Source: Reyranellaceae bacterium (GTDB lineage: Bacteria; Pseudomonadota; Alphaproteobacteria; Reyranellales; JAQSWP01). From it: DNA of 48,455 bases. Made by a program: the position numbers and the translations under genes. The DNA lies in the NCBI GenBank assembly GCA_050185515.1, contig JBFWZG010000004.1, forward strand, positions 1 to 48,455, given 5' to 3'. The notes below the pieces were generated by a model. The model did not search any database, was not told the origin of the DNA, and saw only the letters and a list, made by a program, of their open reading frames with translations. Numbering within the stretch: the stretch's first letter is position 1; the number at the start of each line of letters is the position of its first letter. Shown in pieces: positions 38,964 to 48,455 of this stretch.

Positions 38964-39418
38964 CTATCTCGTCATCTGCAAGGGTTGGGTCGCGGTCATG
39001 GTGGCACTGGCGGCGGGCGCGAGCAACGACGCCAGTCGGGCGGCGATTTCCTCGGGGAAGGGGCGCGCCCTGCGGGTCGCGAGGTCGAGGCAGACGGCAG
39101 TCAGCCTGGCGTCCATCGCCAGCGCATCGTCGCCCAGCCGCGTCAGGCGATGACGCAGCACGGCGGTCCGCGTCGACAGTTCCGCCAGATCGGTGTCCAT
39201 CGCCACCGTGTCGCCCGGCTTCAACTCGCGCTTGAAATCTCGGCCCGGACCGCGGCCATGTTGACGCCATGCCGTCGCGTCCCCTCGCCGTCGAGACCGT
39301 GCTCGGCGAACAGCGAGAAGGCGGCGTCGCCCAGCCACTGCATGTAGAGCCCGGCATTGAGATGCCCGACATGGTCGCAATGCCAGGACTGCACGACCAT
39401 GCGCAAGGTGCGGATCAT
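38964..39418 (-). pseudogene. 4HBT/YbgC-like acyl-CoA thioesterase, frameshifted near 39238
   Basis: N-half ([15 protein letters not shown]) in one frame and C-half ([23 protein letters not shown]) in another; either a real lesion or a sequencing error. Confidence 0.75.
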
Positions 39419-39422
39419 GGCC

Positions 39423-39872
39423 TCACCTGTCGGCCTTGCCGTGCAGGCAGATCAGCGTCTCCAGTCCCTTGAGGACCAGGGTGCGCTTTTCTCCCTCCAC
39501 CGCATGCACTTCGACATCGCACAGGGTCAGCGTGCGGCCGGGCTTCACCACGCGCGCCGAAGCAACCAGCTTTTCCCCGGCGGCCGGCGCCAGCAGGCTC
39601 ATCTTGAATTCCACGGTCAGCACCGAGGCGTCGGCGGGAAACAGCGAGTAGGCGGCATAGCCGCCGGCGGAATCGGCGATCATGGTCGTGATGCCGCCGT
39701 GGAAGAACTTGTGCTGCTGGGTGAGTTCGTCGCGGTACGGCAATTCGATCTCGGCATAGCCCGGCTCGACCCGGACCAGCGACGCGCCGATGAAGCGCAT
39801 GGCGTTCTGGCGCTGGAAACTGTCGCGCACGCGCTCGGCATAGAGCGGATCGCTGGCAACAAGACCGTCCAT
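39423..39872 (-). CDS. PaaI family thioesterase
   Basis: QQHKFFHGG..ADSAGGYAA, VLTVEFK, VVKPGRTL; GGAGG RBS. Confidence 0.9.
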   Translation of the reverse strand: MDGLVASDPLYAERVRDSFQRQNAMRFIGASLVRVEPGYAEIELPYRDELTQQHKFFHGGITTMIADSAGGYAAYSLFPADASVLTVEFKMSLLAPAAGEKLVASARVVKPGRTLTLCDVEVHAVEGEKRTLVLKGLETLICLHGKADR

Positions 39873-39949
39873 CAAACCCTCCCTCGACTGGCGCGTTCAC
39901 GATGAACTCTCGCCTTCATTCGGTAAAATCTATTGTTTTTATGTTTTGA

Positions 39950-39964
39950 ATAGCTTTTAGCTAT
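39950..39964. promoter_or_regulatory. LysR-type recognition box (T-N11-A; ATAG-N7-CTAT)
   Basis: ATAGCTTTTAGCTAT palindrome in the AT-rich divergent promoter, overlapping the lysR start. Confidence 0.65.
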
Positions 39965-40865
39965 GCATATGAACCTCTCGGGACTGCGCTACTTTCTGGC
40001 CCTGGCCGAGATCGGCAGCTTCACGCGGGCTGCCGAGCGGCTGAACGTGACCCAGCCGACCCTTTCAATGGCCATTGCCCGGCTGGAGGCCCAGCTCGGG
40101 GTCCGCCTGTTCGAGCGCGACAGGCGGCGGGCCAGTCTGACCCCGGCCGGGCAGCGTTTCGTCGGCCGCGCCCAGGCGATGATGGGCGAATGGCGCCAGG
40201 CGCAGCGGGATTTCGCCGCCGCCACGCCCTCGCGCCGCCTGCGGCTGGGGCTGATCCCCACCATGCCCCTTGGCATCGGCAGCGACATGGCGCGGCGTCT
40301 GATCGGACTTTACGGGCCGGCCGATCTCGAAATCGCTGAAGGCGGCGCCGCGGCGCTGGCTGGTCGATTGCGGCAAGGCAGCCTCGACGTCGCCCTCACG
40401 CTGGCGGAGGACGCGACCGGCGACCTTCCCAGCCATGCGCTATTGCGCGAGCCGTATCGGCTGGCGATCGCCGCCACGCATGTTCTGGCCACCCGGGAGC
40501 GCTGCGGCGTCGCCGATCTGGCCGAGCTGGCCTTCCTGGTGCGCCAGAGATGCGAAATGGCGGAGACGGCTCGCCGCATTTTCGCCGAGCACGGCGTTCG
40601 CCCGCGCCTGCTGCTGCGCTGCCCCTGCGAGGAAACCGTGGCCGACATGGTGGTCGCCGGGCTGGGCGCGGCCTTCCTGCCCGAATCGCTGGCGCGTCAG
40701 GGGATGGCCTTGCTGGCGATCGACGAGTTGCCGCTGTCGCGTCGGCTGGTGCTGGCGTGGCGCGCCGATCTGCCGTCCGAGGCGATCGAGGCGGCCCGCG
40801 AGGCGGCGCAGGGCCTGCGCTGGCGGTCGGGCGGGCGCGACAGCCGCCTCGGCTTCGCCCATTAG
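39963..40865 (+). CDS. LysR family transcriptional regulator
   Basis: LRYFLALAEIGSFTRAAERLNVTQPTLSMAIARLEAQLGVRLFER HTH; start 39963 or 39969. Confidence 0.93.
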   Translation: MHMNLSGLRYFLALAEIGSFTRAAERLNVTQPTLSMAIARLEAQLGVRLFERDRRRASLTPAGQRFVGRAQAMMGEWRQAQRDFAAATPSRRLRLGLIPTMPLGIGSDMARRLIGLYGPADLEIAEGGAAALAGRLRQGSLDVALTLAEDATGDLPSHALLREPYRLAIAATHVLATRERCGVADLAELAFLVRQRCEMAETARRIFAEHGVRPRLLLRCPCEETVADMVVAGLGAAFLPESLARQGMALLAIDELPLSRRLVLAWRADLPSEAIEAAREAAQGLRWRSGGRDSRLGFAH

Positions 40866-42250
40866 AACAAGAAGAACGCTGCCAGGCCGAGAAAGGCAAA
40901 GAAACCGACGACGTCGGTCACCGTCGTCAGGAAGACGCCGGACGATACGGCTGGATCGACTTTCATCCTGTTGAGGGTGAGCGGAATCACAGTGCCGGAA
41001 AAGCATGCCGCTACCAGGTTGGCAACGACCGCTGCCCCGATAATGGCCCCGATCCGCCATTCTCCGAACCATACCCATGCGACGCTGCCGACCACGGCTG
41101 CGAGGGCGATGCCATTCAGACTGCCGACCACGACTTCCTTGCCGATGAAACGCAATGCATTGCGCGCCGTCAATTCCTGCGTCGCCAAGGCCCGGACCGC
41201 TACGGCGAGGGTCTGGGTGCCGGCATTGCCGCCCATGGAGGCCACGATCGGCGCCAGTATCGCCAGCGCGACGATGACCTTGATTTCGTCCTCGAACAGC
41301 GCGATCACTGTCGACGAAATCAATGCGGTAATCAGGTTGACCCCGAGCCACGGCAAGCGCGCCCGCACGGTCTCCTTGACGTCGGAGTAAATGTCCGCCT
41401 CGCCGGCTCCCGCCAGCCCCATGATGTCCTTTTCGGCTTCCTCGTCGATAACATCGACGACGTCGTCGACGGTAATCATGCCGACCAGCTTGCCCGCGGC
41501 ATCGACCACAGGCGCCGAAATAAGATTCTGATCGCGGAACAGATGCGCGACCTCTTCCTGCGTCGTGTCGACCGGAAGGGTGTAGAGATCACGCTGCATA
41601 ATGTCAGCAACCAGAACCGGCCGCTTGGTGCGAACCAGAGTACCCAAGGCAACGGTCCCGACCGGCCGGTTGTCGTCGTCGACCACGATGACGTCGTAGA
41701 AGTCCTCCGGCAGCTCGTCGGCCGATTCGCGCAGATAGTCGATGACCTCGCCGACGCTCCATTTCTGCGGCACGGCCACCAGCTCGCGCTGCATCATGCG
41801 GCCGGCGGTGTCCTCGTCGTAGGCCAGCGCCTGCTCGATCTCGGCGCGGTCCTCGGCCGGCATGGCGGCGAGAACCTGCTCGCGGTCGGCCTCGTCGAGA
41901 TCGCCGATGATATCGACGGCGTCGTCCGAATCGAGCTCCGCCGCGGCCGCCGCGACGCTCTCATGGCCGAGATGTTCGATGACCGAATCGCGCACCGATT
42001 CGTCGAGCTCGACCAGAACCTCCGGATCGAGATCGGTATTGACGAGATCGAGCAGGCGCTGGCGTTCCTCTTCCGACAGCTGCTCGAGAACCCAGGCCAT
42101 GTCGGGCGGCGACAGGGGACCGACCAGTTCGCGAACCTCGCGAGAACGGCCCTCGCGCATGGCGACGGCAACCGCCTCGACGAGTTCGGGCGTTACGGGC
42201 CGCAGATTGGCCTGGGCTTCGGTCGCGGTATTTTCCGTCGCGTCGCTCAC
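40862..42250 (-). CDS. mgtE: Magnesium transporter MgtE
   Basis: Acidic N domain, CBS pair, RLPWL, SMGGNAGTQ, DPAVSSGVFLTTVTDVVG; GTG start overlaps the maeB stop. Confidence 0.95.
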   Translation of the reverse strand: MSDATENTATEAQANLRPVTPELVEAVAVAMREGRSREVRELVGPLSPPDMAWVLEQLSEEERQRLLDLVNTDLDPEVLVELDESVRDSVIEHLGHESVAAAAAELDSDDAVDIIGDLDEADREQVLAAMPAEDRAEIEQALAYDEDTAGRMMQRELVAVPQKWSVGEVIDYLRESADELPEDFYDVIVVDDDNRPVGTVALGTLVRTKRPVLVADIMQRDLYTLPVDTTQEEVAHLFRDQNLISAPVVDAAGKLVGMITVDDVVDVIDEEAEKDIMGLAGAGEADIYSDVKETVRARLPWLGVNLITALISSTVIALFEDEIKVIVALAILAPIVASMGGNAGTQTLAVAVRALATQELTARNALRFIGKEVVVGSLNGIALAAVVGSVAWVWFGEWRIGAIIGAAVVANLVAACFSGTVIPLTLNRMKVDPAVSSGVFLTTVTDVVGFFAFLGLAAFFLF

Positions 42251-44529
42251 GCGCCGACCGCCTTCGCGGTGCCGGCGTCGACGACTGCAACGGCACTCAT
42301 GTTGACGATACCGCGGGCGGTTACCGAAGGGGTGAGGATGTGGCAGGCGCGCGCAGCGCCGAGGAGGATCGGACCGACGGCGAGCCCGCCACCCGCCTGT
42401 TTCAGCAGGTTGAACGCGATATTCGCCGCGTCGAGAGAGGGCATGACCAGCAGATTGGCCGCGCCGCGCAGGCGCGAGTTGGGAAAAATGCGGTCCCGTA
42501 TCTCGGAGGACAGCGCGGCATCGGCGTGCATTTCGCCGTCGACTTCCAGCGCCGGCGCCCGATCGTTAATCAGCTTGAGGGCTTCCCGCATCCGGATGGC
42601 CGATTCGCTTCGGCTGGTGCCAAAACTGGAATGGGACAGCAGCCCCACCTTCGGCTCGACGCCGAAGCGCCTCAATTCCTCGGCGGCAAGCAGCGTCATC
42701 TCGCAGATGTCGGCCGCACTGGGGTTCTCGTTGACGTAGGTGTCGCACAAAAACACGGTGCCGCCGGGAATGATCAGCAGCGACAGGGCATAGAGGTTGT
42801 TCACGTCGGCTCGTCGGCCAATGATGTCGTCGACCACCTGCAGATGGACGGGAAAGCGTCCCACCGTGCCGCAGATCATGGCATCGGCGTCGCCCTTGTG
42901 AACGGCGAGCGCTGCGATGATGGTCGAGTTGGTGCGGACCAGAGTACGCGCCAGATCGGGCGACACGCCCTTGCGCTCCATCAGCAGGTGATACAGCGCG
43001 ACATACTCGGGATACCGCGGGTCGCTGGCCGGATTGACGATCTCCACGTCGTTGCCCGGCTTCAGGCGAAGGCCTAGCTGCGCGATGCGCCTCTGCACGA
43101 TCTCCGGGCGGCCGATCAGAATTGGACGGGCGATGCCCTCCTCCACCAGCACCTGAGCCGCCCGCAGTACCCGCTCGTCCTCGCCCTCTGCGTAGATGAC
43201 GCGCTTGGGCGCCTTGCGGGCGTTCTCGAAGATCGGCTTCATCGCGAGGCCGGACCGGAATACGAATTCGCTGAGCTGCTGGCGATAGACCGCGAAATCC
43301 CCGATCGGTCGGCTGGCGACGCCGCTATCCATGGCGGCGCGCGCCACCGCCGGCGCCAGCTGGACCAGCAAACGTGGATCAAAGGGACGCGGAATGATGT
43401 AATCGCGGCCGAACGTCGTCGGCCCGCCGCCATACGCCAGGGCGGCCACGTCGGACGATTCGGCCTGCGCCAGCGTCGCCAGCGCGTGCACGCAGGCGAT
43501 CTTCATATCGTCGTTGATCGTTGTGGCCCCGACGTCGAGCGCGCCACGGAATATAAAAGGGAAGCAGAGGACGTTGTTGACCTGGTTGGGATAGTCGGAG
43601 CGACCGGTAGCGATGATGGCGTCCTGCCGTACCGCCAGCACCTCTTCTGGCAGGATCTCCGGCGTCGGATTGGCCAGCGCCAGGACCAACGGATTTGGCG
43701 CCATGCGCGCCACCATGTCCCGCTTCAAAACATTGCCGGCCGACAGGCCAAGAAAAATGTCGGCGTCGGCGATGACATCGCCCAGGGTACGCGCCTGCGT
43801 CGGGCGGGCGTATTGCGCCTTCCACGGGTCCATCTGTTCGGTGCGGCCTTCGTAGACCACGCCGACGATGTCGCTGACCACCACGTTCTCCCGCCGCAGG
43901 CCAAGTTTCACCAGCAGATCGAGGCACGAGAGCGCCGCCGCACCGGCGCCGGAACAGACCAGCCTGGCGTCCTCGATGCGCTTGCCGACGACTTTCAGGC
44001 CGTTCAGGACGGCCGCGCCGACAATGATGGCGGTGCCGTGCTGATCGTCGTGGAACACCGGGATCTTCAGGCGGGCGCGCAGCGCCTTTTCCACGATGAA
44101 GCACTCGGGCGCCTTGATGTCCTCGAGATTGATGCCCCCAAAAGTCGGCTCGAGCGCGGCGATGACCTCGACCAGGCGGTCGGGGTCGTTCTCCGCCAGT
44201 TCGATATCGAAGACGTCGATGCCGGCGAACTTCTTGAAAAGAACGGCCTTGCCTTCCATGACCGGCTTGGCCGCCAGCGGCCCGATGGCGCCCAGCCCCA
44301 GAACCGCCGTGCCGTTGGTCACGACGGCGACGAGATTGGCCCGCGCCGTCAGTTCGGCCGCTTCGCGCGGATTGGCGGCGATGGCGAGGCTGGCGGCGGC
44401 AACGCCCGGCGAATAGGCCAGGGCGAGATCGCGCTGGGTCGCCATCGGCTTGGTGGCGACGACCTCGAGCTTCCCGGGTTTGGGGACACGGTGATAGCGC
44501 AGCGCGCTGTCGGTGAGTTCGTCCGCCAT
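42247..44529 (-). CDS. maeB: NAD(P)-dependent malic enzyme with C-terminal PTA-like domain
   Basis: 760 aa; [57 protein letters not shown]. Confidence 0.95.
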   Translation of the reverse strand: MADELTDSALRYHRVPKPGKLEVVATKPMATQRDLALAYSPGVAAASLAIAANPREAAELTARANLVAVVTNGTAVLGLGAIGPLAAKPVMEGKAVLFKKFAGIDVFDIELAENDPDRLVEVIAALEPTFGGINLEDIKAPECFIVEKALRARLKIPVFHDDQHGTAIIVGAAVLNGLKVVGKRIEDARLVCSGAGAAALSCLDLLVKLGLRRENVVVSDIVGVVYEGRTEQMDPWKAQYARPTQARTLGDVIADADIFLGLSAGNVLKRDMVARMAPNPLVLALANPTPEILPEEVLAVRQDAIIATGRSDYPNQVNNVLCFPFIFRGALDVGATTINDDMKIACVHALATLAQAESSDVAALAYGGGPTTFGRDYIIPRPFDPRLLVQLAPAVARAAMDSGVASRPIGDFAVYRQQLSEFVFRSGLAMKPIFENARKAPKRVIYAEGEDERVLRAAQVLVEEGIARPILIGRPEIVQRRIAQLGLRLKPGNDVEIVNPASDPRYPEYVALYHLLMERKGVSPDLARTLVRTNSTIIAALAVHKGDADAMICGTVGRFPVHLQVVDDIIGRRADVNNLYALSLLIIPGGTVFLCDTYVNENPSAADICEMTLLAAEELRRFGVEPKVGLLSHSSFGTSRSESAIRMREALKLINDRAPALEVDGEMHADAALSSEIRDRIFPNSRLRGAANLLVMPSLDAANIAFNLLKQAGGGLAVGPILLGAARACHILTPSVTARGIVNMSAVAVVDAGTAKAVGA

Positions 44530-44604
44530 GACAGCCTCGCGGTATCCCGGCCAATGGGCCGATTGCGCCGCCCCCTGGCGCAGTGGGCATCAAACGGGAA
44601 ATGT

Positions 44605-44689
44605 TGGTGCGGTCGAGAAGACTCGAACTTCCACGGGTTGCCCCACAGCGACCTCAACGCTGCGCGTCTACCAATTCCGCCACGACCGC
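44605..44689 (-). tRNA. tRNA-Leu (anticodon GAG)
   Basis: Minus strand GCGGTCGTGGCGGAATTGGTAGACGCGCAGCGTTGAGGTCGCTGTGGGGCAACCCGTGGAAGTTCGAGTCTTCTCGACCGCACCA; 85 nt, long variable arm, encoded CCA. Confidence 0.96.
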
Positions 44690-44878
44690 CAAAACGCCAC
44701 CATCGAGCCGCCTCCCACCGGGAGGGCAGAACCGCTGGCGGCGGATTTCCCTTGAGGTGGGGCCGGAGATAGCAAATCGGCGGCACCGGCGCAAGCGCCG
44801 CCGGGGAAAGGCTAAGCCTTTCCGGCAACTTTAATTTTCGCCGCTTGCCGGACCGCCGGAATGGGCCCAAATAGGCGC

Positions 44879-45538
44879 ATGGACAATGCCCTGCCCTCCC
44901 CTGCGGCGACCGCCGGAAGCCTGGAATGGTGCATTTCGGATGCGCCGGTCGACTACGCCCGGGCAGTCGAAGAGATGGAGGCCAGAGTTGCGGCCATCCG
45001 AGCCGGCACGGCAAGAGAAGCAGTCTGGCTGCTCGAGCATCCGGCGCTGTACACGGCCGGCACCAGCGCCCGGCAAAGCGACCTGATCGATCCCGGCCGG
45101 CTGCCCGTGTTCCGCACGGGCCGCGGCGGGCAGTTCACCTATCACGGACCGGGCCAGAGGGTCGGCTACGTCATGCTGGACTTGCGCCGCCGCGGCGCCG
45201 ATATCCGCAGCTATGTGCAGGGGCTCGAGGAATGGCTGATCCGCGCTCTCGCCCGCTTCAACGTCCGCGGCGAGCGGCGCGAGGGCCGCGTCGGGGTCTG
45301 GGTGGTCGATGGCAGCCGCGAGGCCAAGATCGCCGCCTTGGGGGTGCGCGTGCGCCACTGGGTCAGCTTCCACGGCGTGTCTTTGAACGTCGATCCCGAT
45401 CTCGGCCACTATGCCGGCATCGTGCCCTGCGGCATCAGCCAGCATGGCGTCACGTCGCTGGCGCGGCTTGGGATCGTGGTGTCGATGCCGGAGGTCGACA
45501 TGGTGCTGCGCGAGACGTTCGAGGAAGTGTTCGGCTGA
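44879..45538 (+). CDS. lipB: Lipoyl(octanoyl) transferase
   Basis: [46 protein letters not shown]; start at ATG 44879. Confidence 0.95.
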   Translation: MDNALPSPAATAGSLEWCISDAPVDYARAVEEMEARVAAIRAGTAREAVWLLEHPALYTAGTSARQSDLIDPGRLPVFRTGRGGQFTYHGPGQRVGYVMLDLRRRGADIRSYVQGLEEWLIRALARFNVRGERREGRVGVWVVDGSREAKIAALGVRVRHWVSFHGVSLNVDPDLGHYAGIVPCGISQHGVTSLARLGIVVSMPEVDMVLRETFEEVFG

Positions 45539-45823
45539 TCAGACCGTCGGCTTCTGGATGAAGCCGTCCTCGCCGACGATGCCCTGCGCCGGCTCGACCC
45601 TGACGGAATCGACCCGCGCCGGTCCCGGGCCGCGATGGCAGGACTGGACGAAAAGCTGCACCGCCTCGTCGGGCCCGACGGCCAGCGCCTCGACCGAGCC
45701 GTCACGCCGGTTGCGAACCCAGCCGCGAAGCCCGAGCGCACGGGCCTCGCGCACCGCCCAGTCGCGATAGCCGACGCCCTGCACGCGGCCGGTTATCGAC
45801 AGGCGCAGCGCGACCTCAGCCAT
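45539..45823 (-). CDS. acyP: Acylphosphatase
   Basis: GRVQGVGYR, GWVRNRRDGSVE, GPGPARV. Confidence 0.92.
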   Translation of the reverse strand: MAEVALRLSITGRVQGVGYRDWAVREARALGLRGWVRNRRDGSVEALAVGPDEAVQLFVQSCHRGPGPARVDSVRVEPAQGIVGEDGFIQKPTV

Positions 45824-45832
45824 CGCGTCGGC

Positions 45833-47821
45833 TCAGGCGAATTCGAGAATCTTCTGGTCGACGCGCAGGCTTTCGCCGGGCTTGGCGTGGATGGCGCCGA
45901 TCGTGCCATCGCGCGTGGCCTTCAGCACGTTTTCCATCTTCATCGCCTCGACCACGGCCAGCGCCTCGCCGGCCTTGACTTCCTGCCCCTCGCCCACCGC
46001 CAGCGACACCAGCAGGCCGGGCATCGGCGACAGCAGGAACTTCGAGGTGTCCGGCGGCAGCTTGACGGGCATCAGAGCCGCGAGCTTCGCCTGCTCGGGT
46101 CGCAGCACCAGCACATTGGCCTGACCGGCGCTGTGATAGAGCCGATAGCCGACGCCGGTGCGATCGACCTGGACGCAGATCTCCTGGCCGTTGACGGCGG
46201 CGCGGAACAGCGGATCGCCGAGCTGCCAGAAGCTCTGGATCTCGAACTTCTTCCGCCCGACCTTGATCGCCACCCCGTCCTTGGCCGGCGTGACGGCGGC
46301 CTCGAAGGGCTTGCGGTCGAGCAGCACGGTCCAGTCCTCGCCCAGCAGCTGACGGTGCGGCTGCAGCCGGCCGCTGACCTCTGCGTCGCGCTCGGCATAG
46401 GCGCGGTGGATGAAGGCGGCAACAGCGGCCAGCATCTGCGGATCGGACGGCGGCAGATCGGCCGTGGTGAAACCGTTCTTGTATTCCTCGGCGATGAAGT
46501 TCGTGGTCAGGCGCCCCTCGACGAAACGCGGATGAGCCATCAGGGCCGCGAGGAAGGGGATGTTGTGCGAAACGCCGCGGATGTAGAACTCGTCCAGCGC
46601 GTTGCGCATGGCGTGGATCGCCTCGTTGCGATCCTTACCCCACGTAACGAGCTTGGCGATCATCGGATCGTAGAACATGCTGATCTCGCCGCCCTCGAAC
46701 ACGCCGGTATCGACGCGCACGTGATCGCGATGCGCCGGCGGCTGGCGGTACTGCACCAGCCGACCGGTCGACGGCAGGAAGCTGCGGAACGGGTCCTCGG
46801 CGTAGACACGCGCTTCCATCGACCAGCCGTTGATCTTCACGTCCGACTGCCTGATCTTGAGCTTCTCGCCATAGGCGATGCGGATCATCTGCTCGACAAG
46901 GTCCAGTCCGGTGATCATCTCCGTGACCGGATGCTCGACCTGCAGGCGGGTGTTCATCTCGAGAAAGTAGAAATTGCGGTTCTTGTCGACGATGAACTCG
47001 ACGGTGCCGGCGCTCTTGTACTGCACGGCATTGGCAAGCGCGACGGCCTGCTCGCCCATCGCCTTGCGGGTCTTCTCGTCGAGGAACGGGCTCGGCGCCT
47101 CCTCGATCACCTTCTGGTGTCGGCGCTGGATCGAGCATTCGCGCTCGGCGAGATAGAGCGTGGTGCCCTGCCCGTCGGCCAGCACCTGGATCTCGATATG
47201 CCGCGGCTCCTCAACGTATTTCTCGATGAACACGCGATCGTCGCCGAAACTTGATTTGGCTTCATTGGTGGCTGAGACGAAGCCTTCCTCGGCTTCCTTG
47301 TCGTTCCAGGCGATGCGCATGCCCTTGCCGCCGCCGCCAGCCGAAGCCTTGACCATCACCGGATAGCCGATTTTCTGAGCGATCTTCACCGCTTCCCTGG
47401 CGTTGGGGATCGCCTCCAGATGCCCGGGCACGGTGGAGACGCCGGCCTCCTGCGCCAGTTTCTTGGATTCGATCTTGTCGCCCATCGCGTGGATGGCGTG
47501 CGGCTCGGGACCGATAAAGGCGACGCCCGCTTCCTTCAGCGCCTTGGCGAAGGCCTGGTTCTCCGACAGGAAGCCGTAGCCTGGATGCACCGCCTCGGCG
47601 CCGGTCTTCTTTATTGCCTCGATGATCTTCGGAATCTGCAGATAGGACTGGGCCGAAGGCGCAGGCCCGATCAGCACCGCCTCGTCGGCCTCGCGCACGT
47701 GCAGCGCATCGGCGTCGGCCTCGGAATAGACCGCCACGGTCTTGATGCCCATGCGATTGGCGGTGCGGATGACGCGGCAGGCGATCTCGCCGCGGTTTGC
47801 AATCAGGATTTTCTTGAACAT
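45833..47821 (-). CDS. pccA: Propionyl-CoA carboxylase alpha subunit
   Basis: Start re-called at ATG 47821 (MFKKILIANRGEIA); MGDKIESKK, EISMFYDPMIAKL, EAMKMEN; follows pccB. Confidence 0.9.
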   Translation of the reverse strand: MFKKILIANRGEIACRVIRTANRMGIKTVAVYSEADADALHVREADEAVLIGPAPSAQSYLQIPKIIEAIKKTGAEAVHPGYGFLSENQAFAKALKEAGVAFIGPEPHAIHAMGDKIESKKLAQEAGVSTVPGHLEAIPNAREAVKIAQKIGYPVMVKASAGGGGKGMRIAWNDKEAEEGFVSATNEAKSSFGDDRVFIEKYVEEPRHIEIQVLADGQGTTLYLAERECSIQRRHQKVIEEAPSPFLDEKTRKAMGEQAVALANAVQYKSAGTVEFIVDKNRNFYFLEMNTRLQVEHPVTEMITGLDLVEQMIRIAYGEKLKIRQSDVKINGWSMEARVYAEDPFRSFLPSTGRLVQYRQPPAHRDHVRVDTGVFEGGEISMFYDPMIAKLVTWGKDRNEAIHAMRNALDEFYIRGVSHNIPFLAALMAHPRFVEGRLTTNFIAEEYKNGFTTADLPPSDPQMLAAVAAFIHRAYAERDAEVSGRLQPHRQLLGEDWTVLLDRKPFEAAVTPAKDGVAIKVGRKKFEIQSFWQLGDPLFRAAVNGQEICVQVDRTGVGYRLYHSAGQANVLVLRPEQAKLAALMPVKLPPDTSKFLLSPMPGLLVSLAVGEGQEVKAGEALAVVEAMKMENVLKATRDGTIGAIHAKPGESLRVDQKILEFA

Positions 47822-47831
47822 TGCCGGACCG

Positions 47832-48455
<624 letters not shown>

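Noticed and set aside
40862-44689. Possible genomic island integrated at the tRNA-Leu 3' end
   Set aside because: No integrase and no duplicated tRNA 3' end seen; the downstream genes (maeB, mgtE) are housekeeping.
45530-45545. Zero-gap convergent stops of lipB and acyP (TGA-TCA), and 4-nt convergent overlaps at 37789-37792 and 40862-40865
   Set aside because: Common in compact bacterial genomes; no sign of a special function.

Overview
High-GC (roughly two-thirds G+C by eye), densely coded chromosomal segment of an alphaproteobacterium, probably Rhodospirillales-like; the taxon is inferred from gene content (mipZ, Pam18-like J protein, DUF1489, lipB next to tRNA-Leu and mgtE). Left part: nucleotide-sugar genes (galU-ugd-pgm), a coupled VWA plus membrane J-domain pair, an MFS transporter, mipZ, a molybdopterin oxidoreductase, an acyl-CoA synthetase, a GT-C-like membrane protein, and the alpha-2-macroglobulin/pbpC pair. 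Centre and right: branched-chain and acyl-CoA catabolism (liuBCDE, ivd, acyl-CoA dehydrogenase, thiolase, thioesterases, TRAP transporter, LysR), then mgtE, maeB, tRNA-Leu(GAG), lipB, acylphosphatase and pccAB. I recognised no integrase, transposase, phage gene or CRISPR array. The best candidate for an undescribed system is a plus-strand module at 26.7-29.8 kb: a TPR plus beta-barrel outer-membrane protein and two exported FecR-domain paralogues, with no ECF sigma factor or TonB-dependent receptor nearby. Each of its two putative transcription units is preceded by a perfect TGTGA-N6-TCACA (CRP-type) box, and a composite palindromic element lies between them. Other points: a LiuC-position crotonase lacking the usual catalytic glutamates, and a thioesterase gene with an apparent 4-nt frameshift. 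All product calls come from motif recognition by eye, without database searches.
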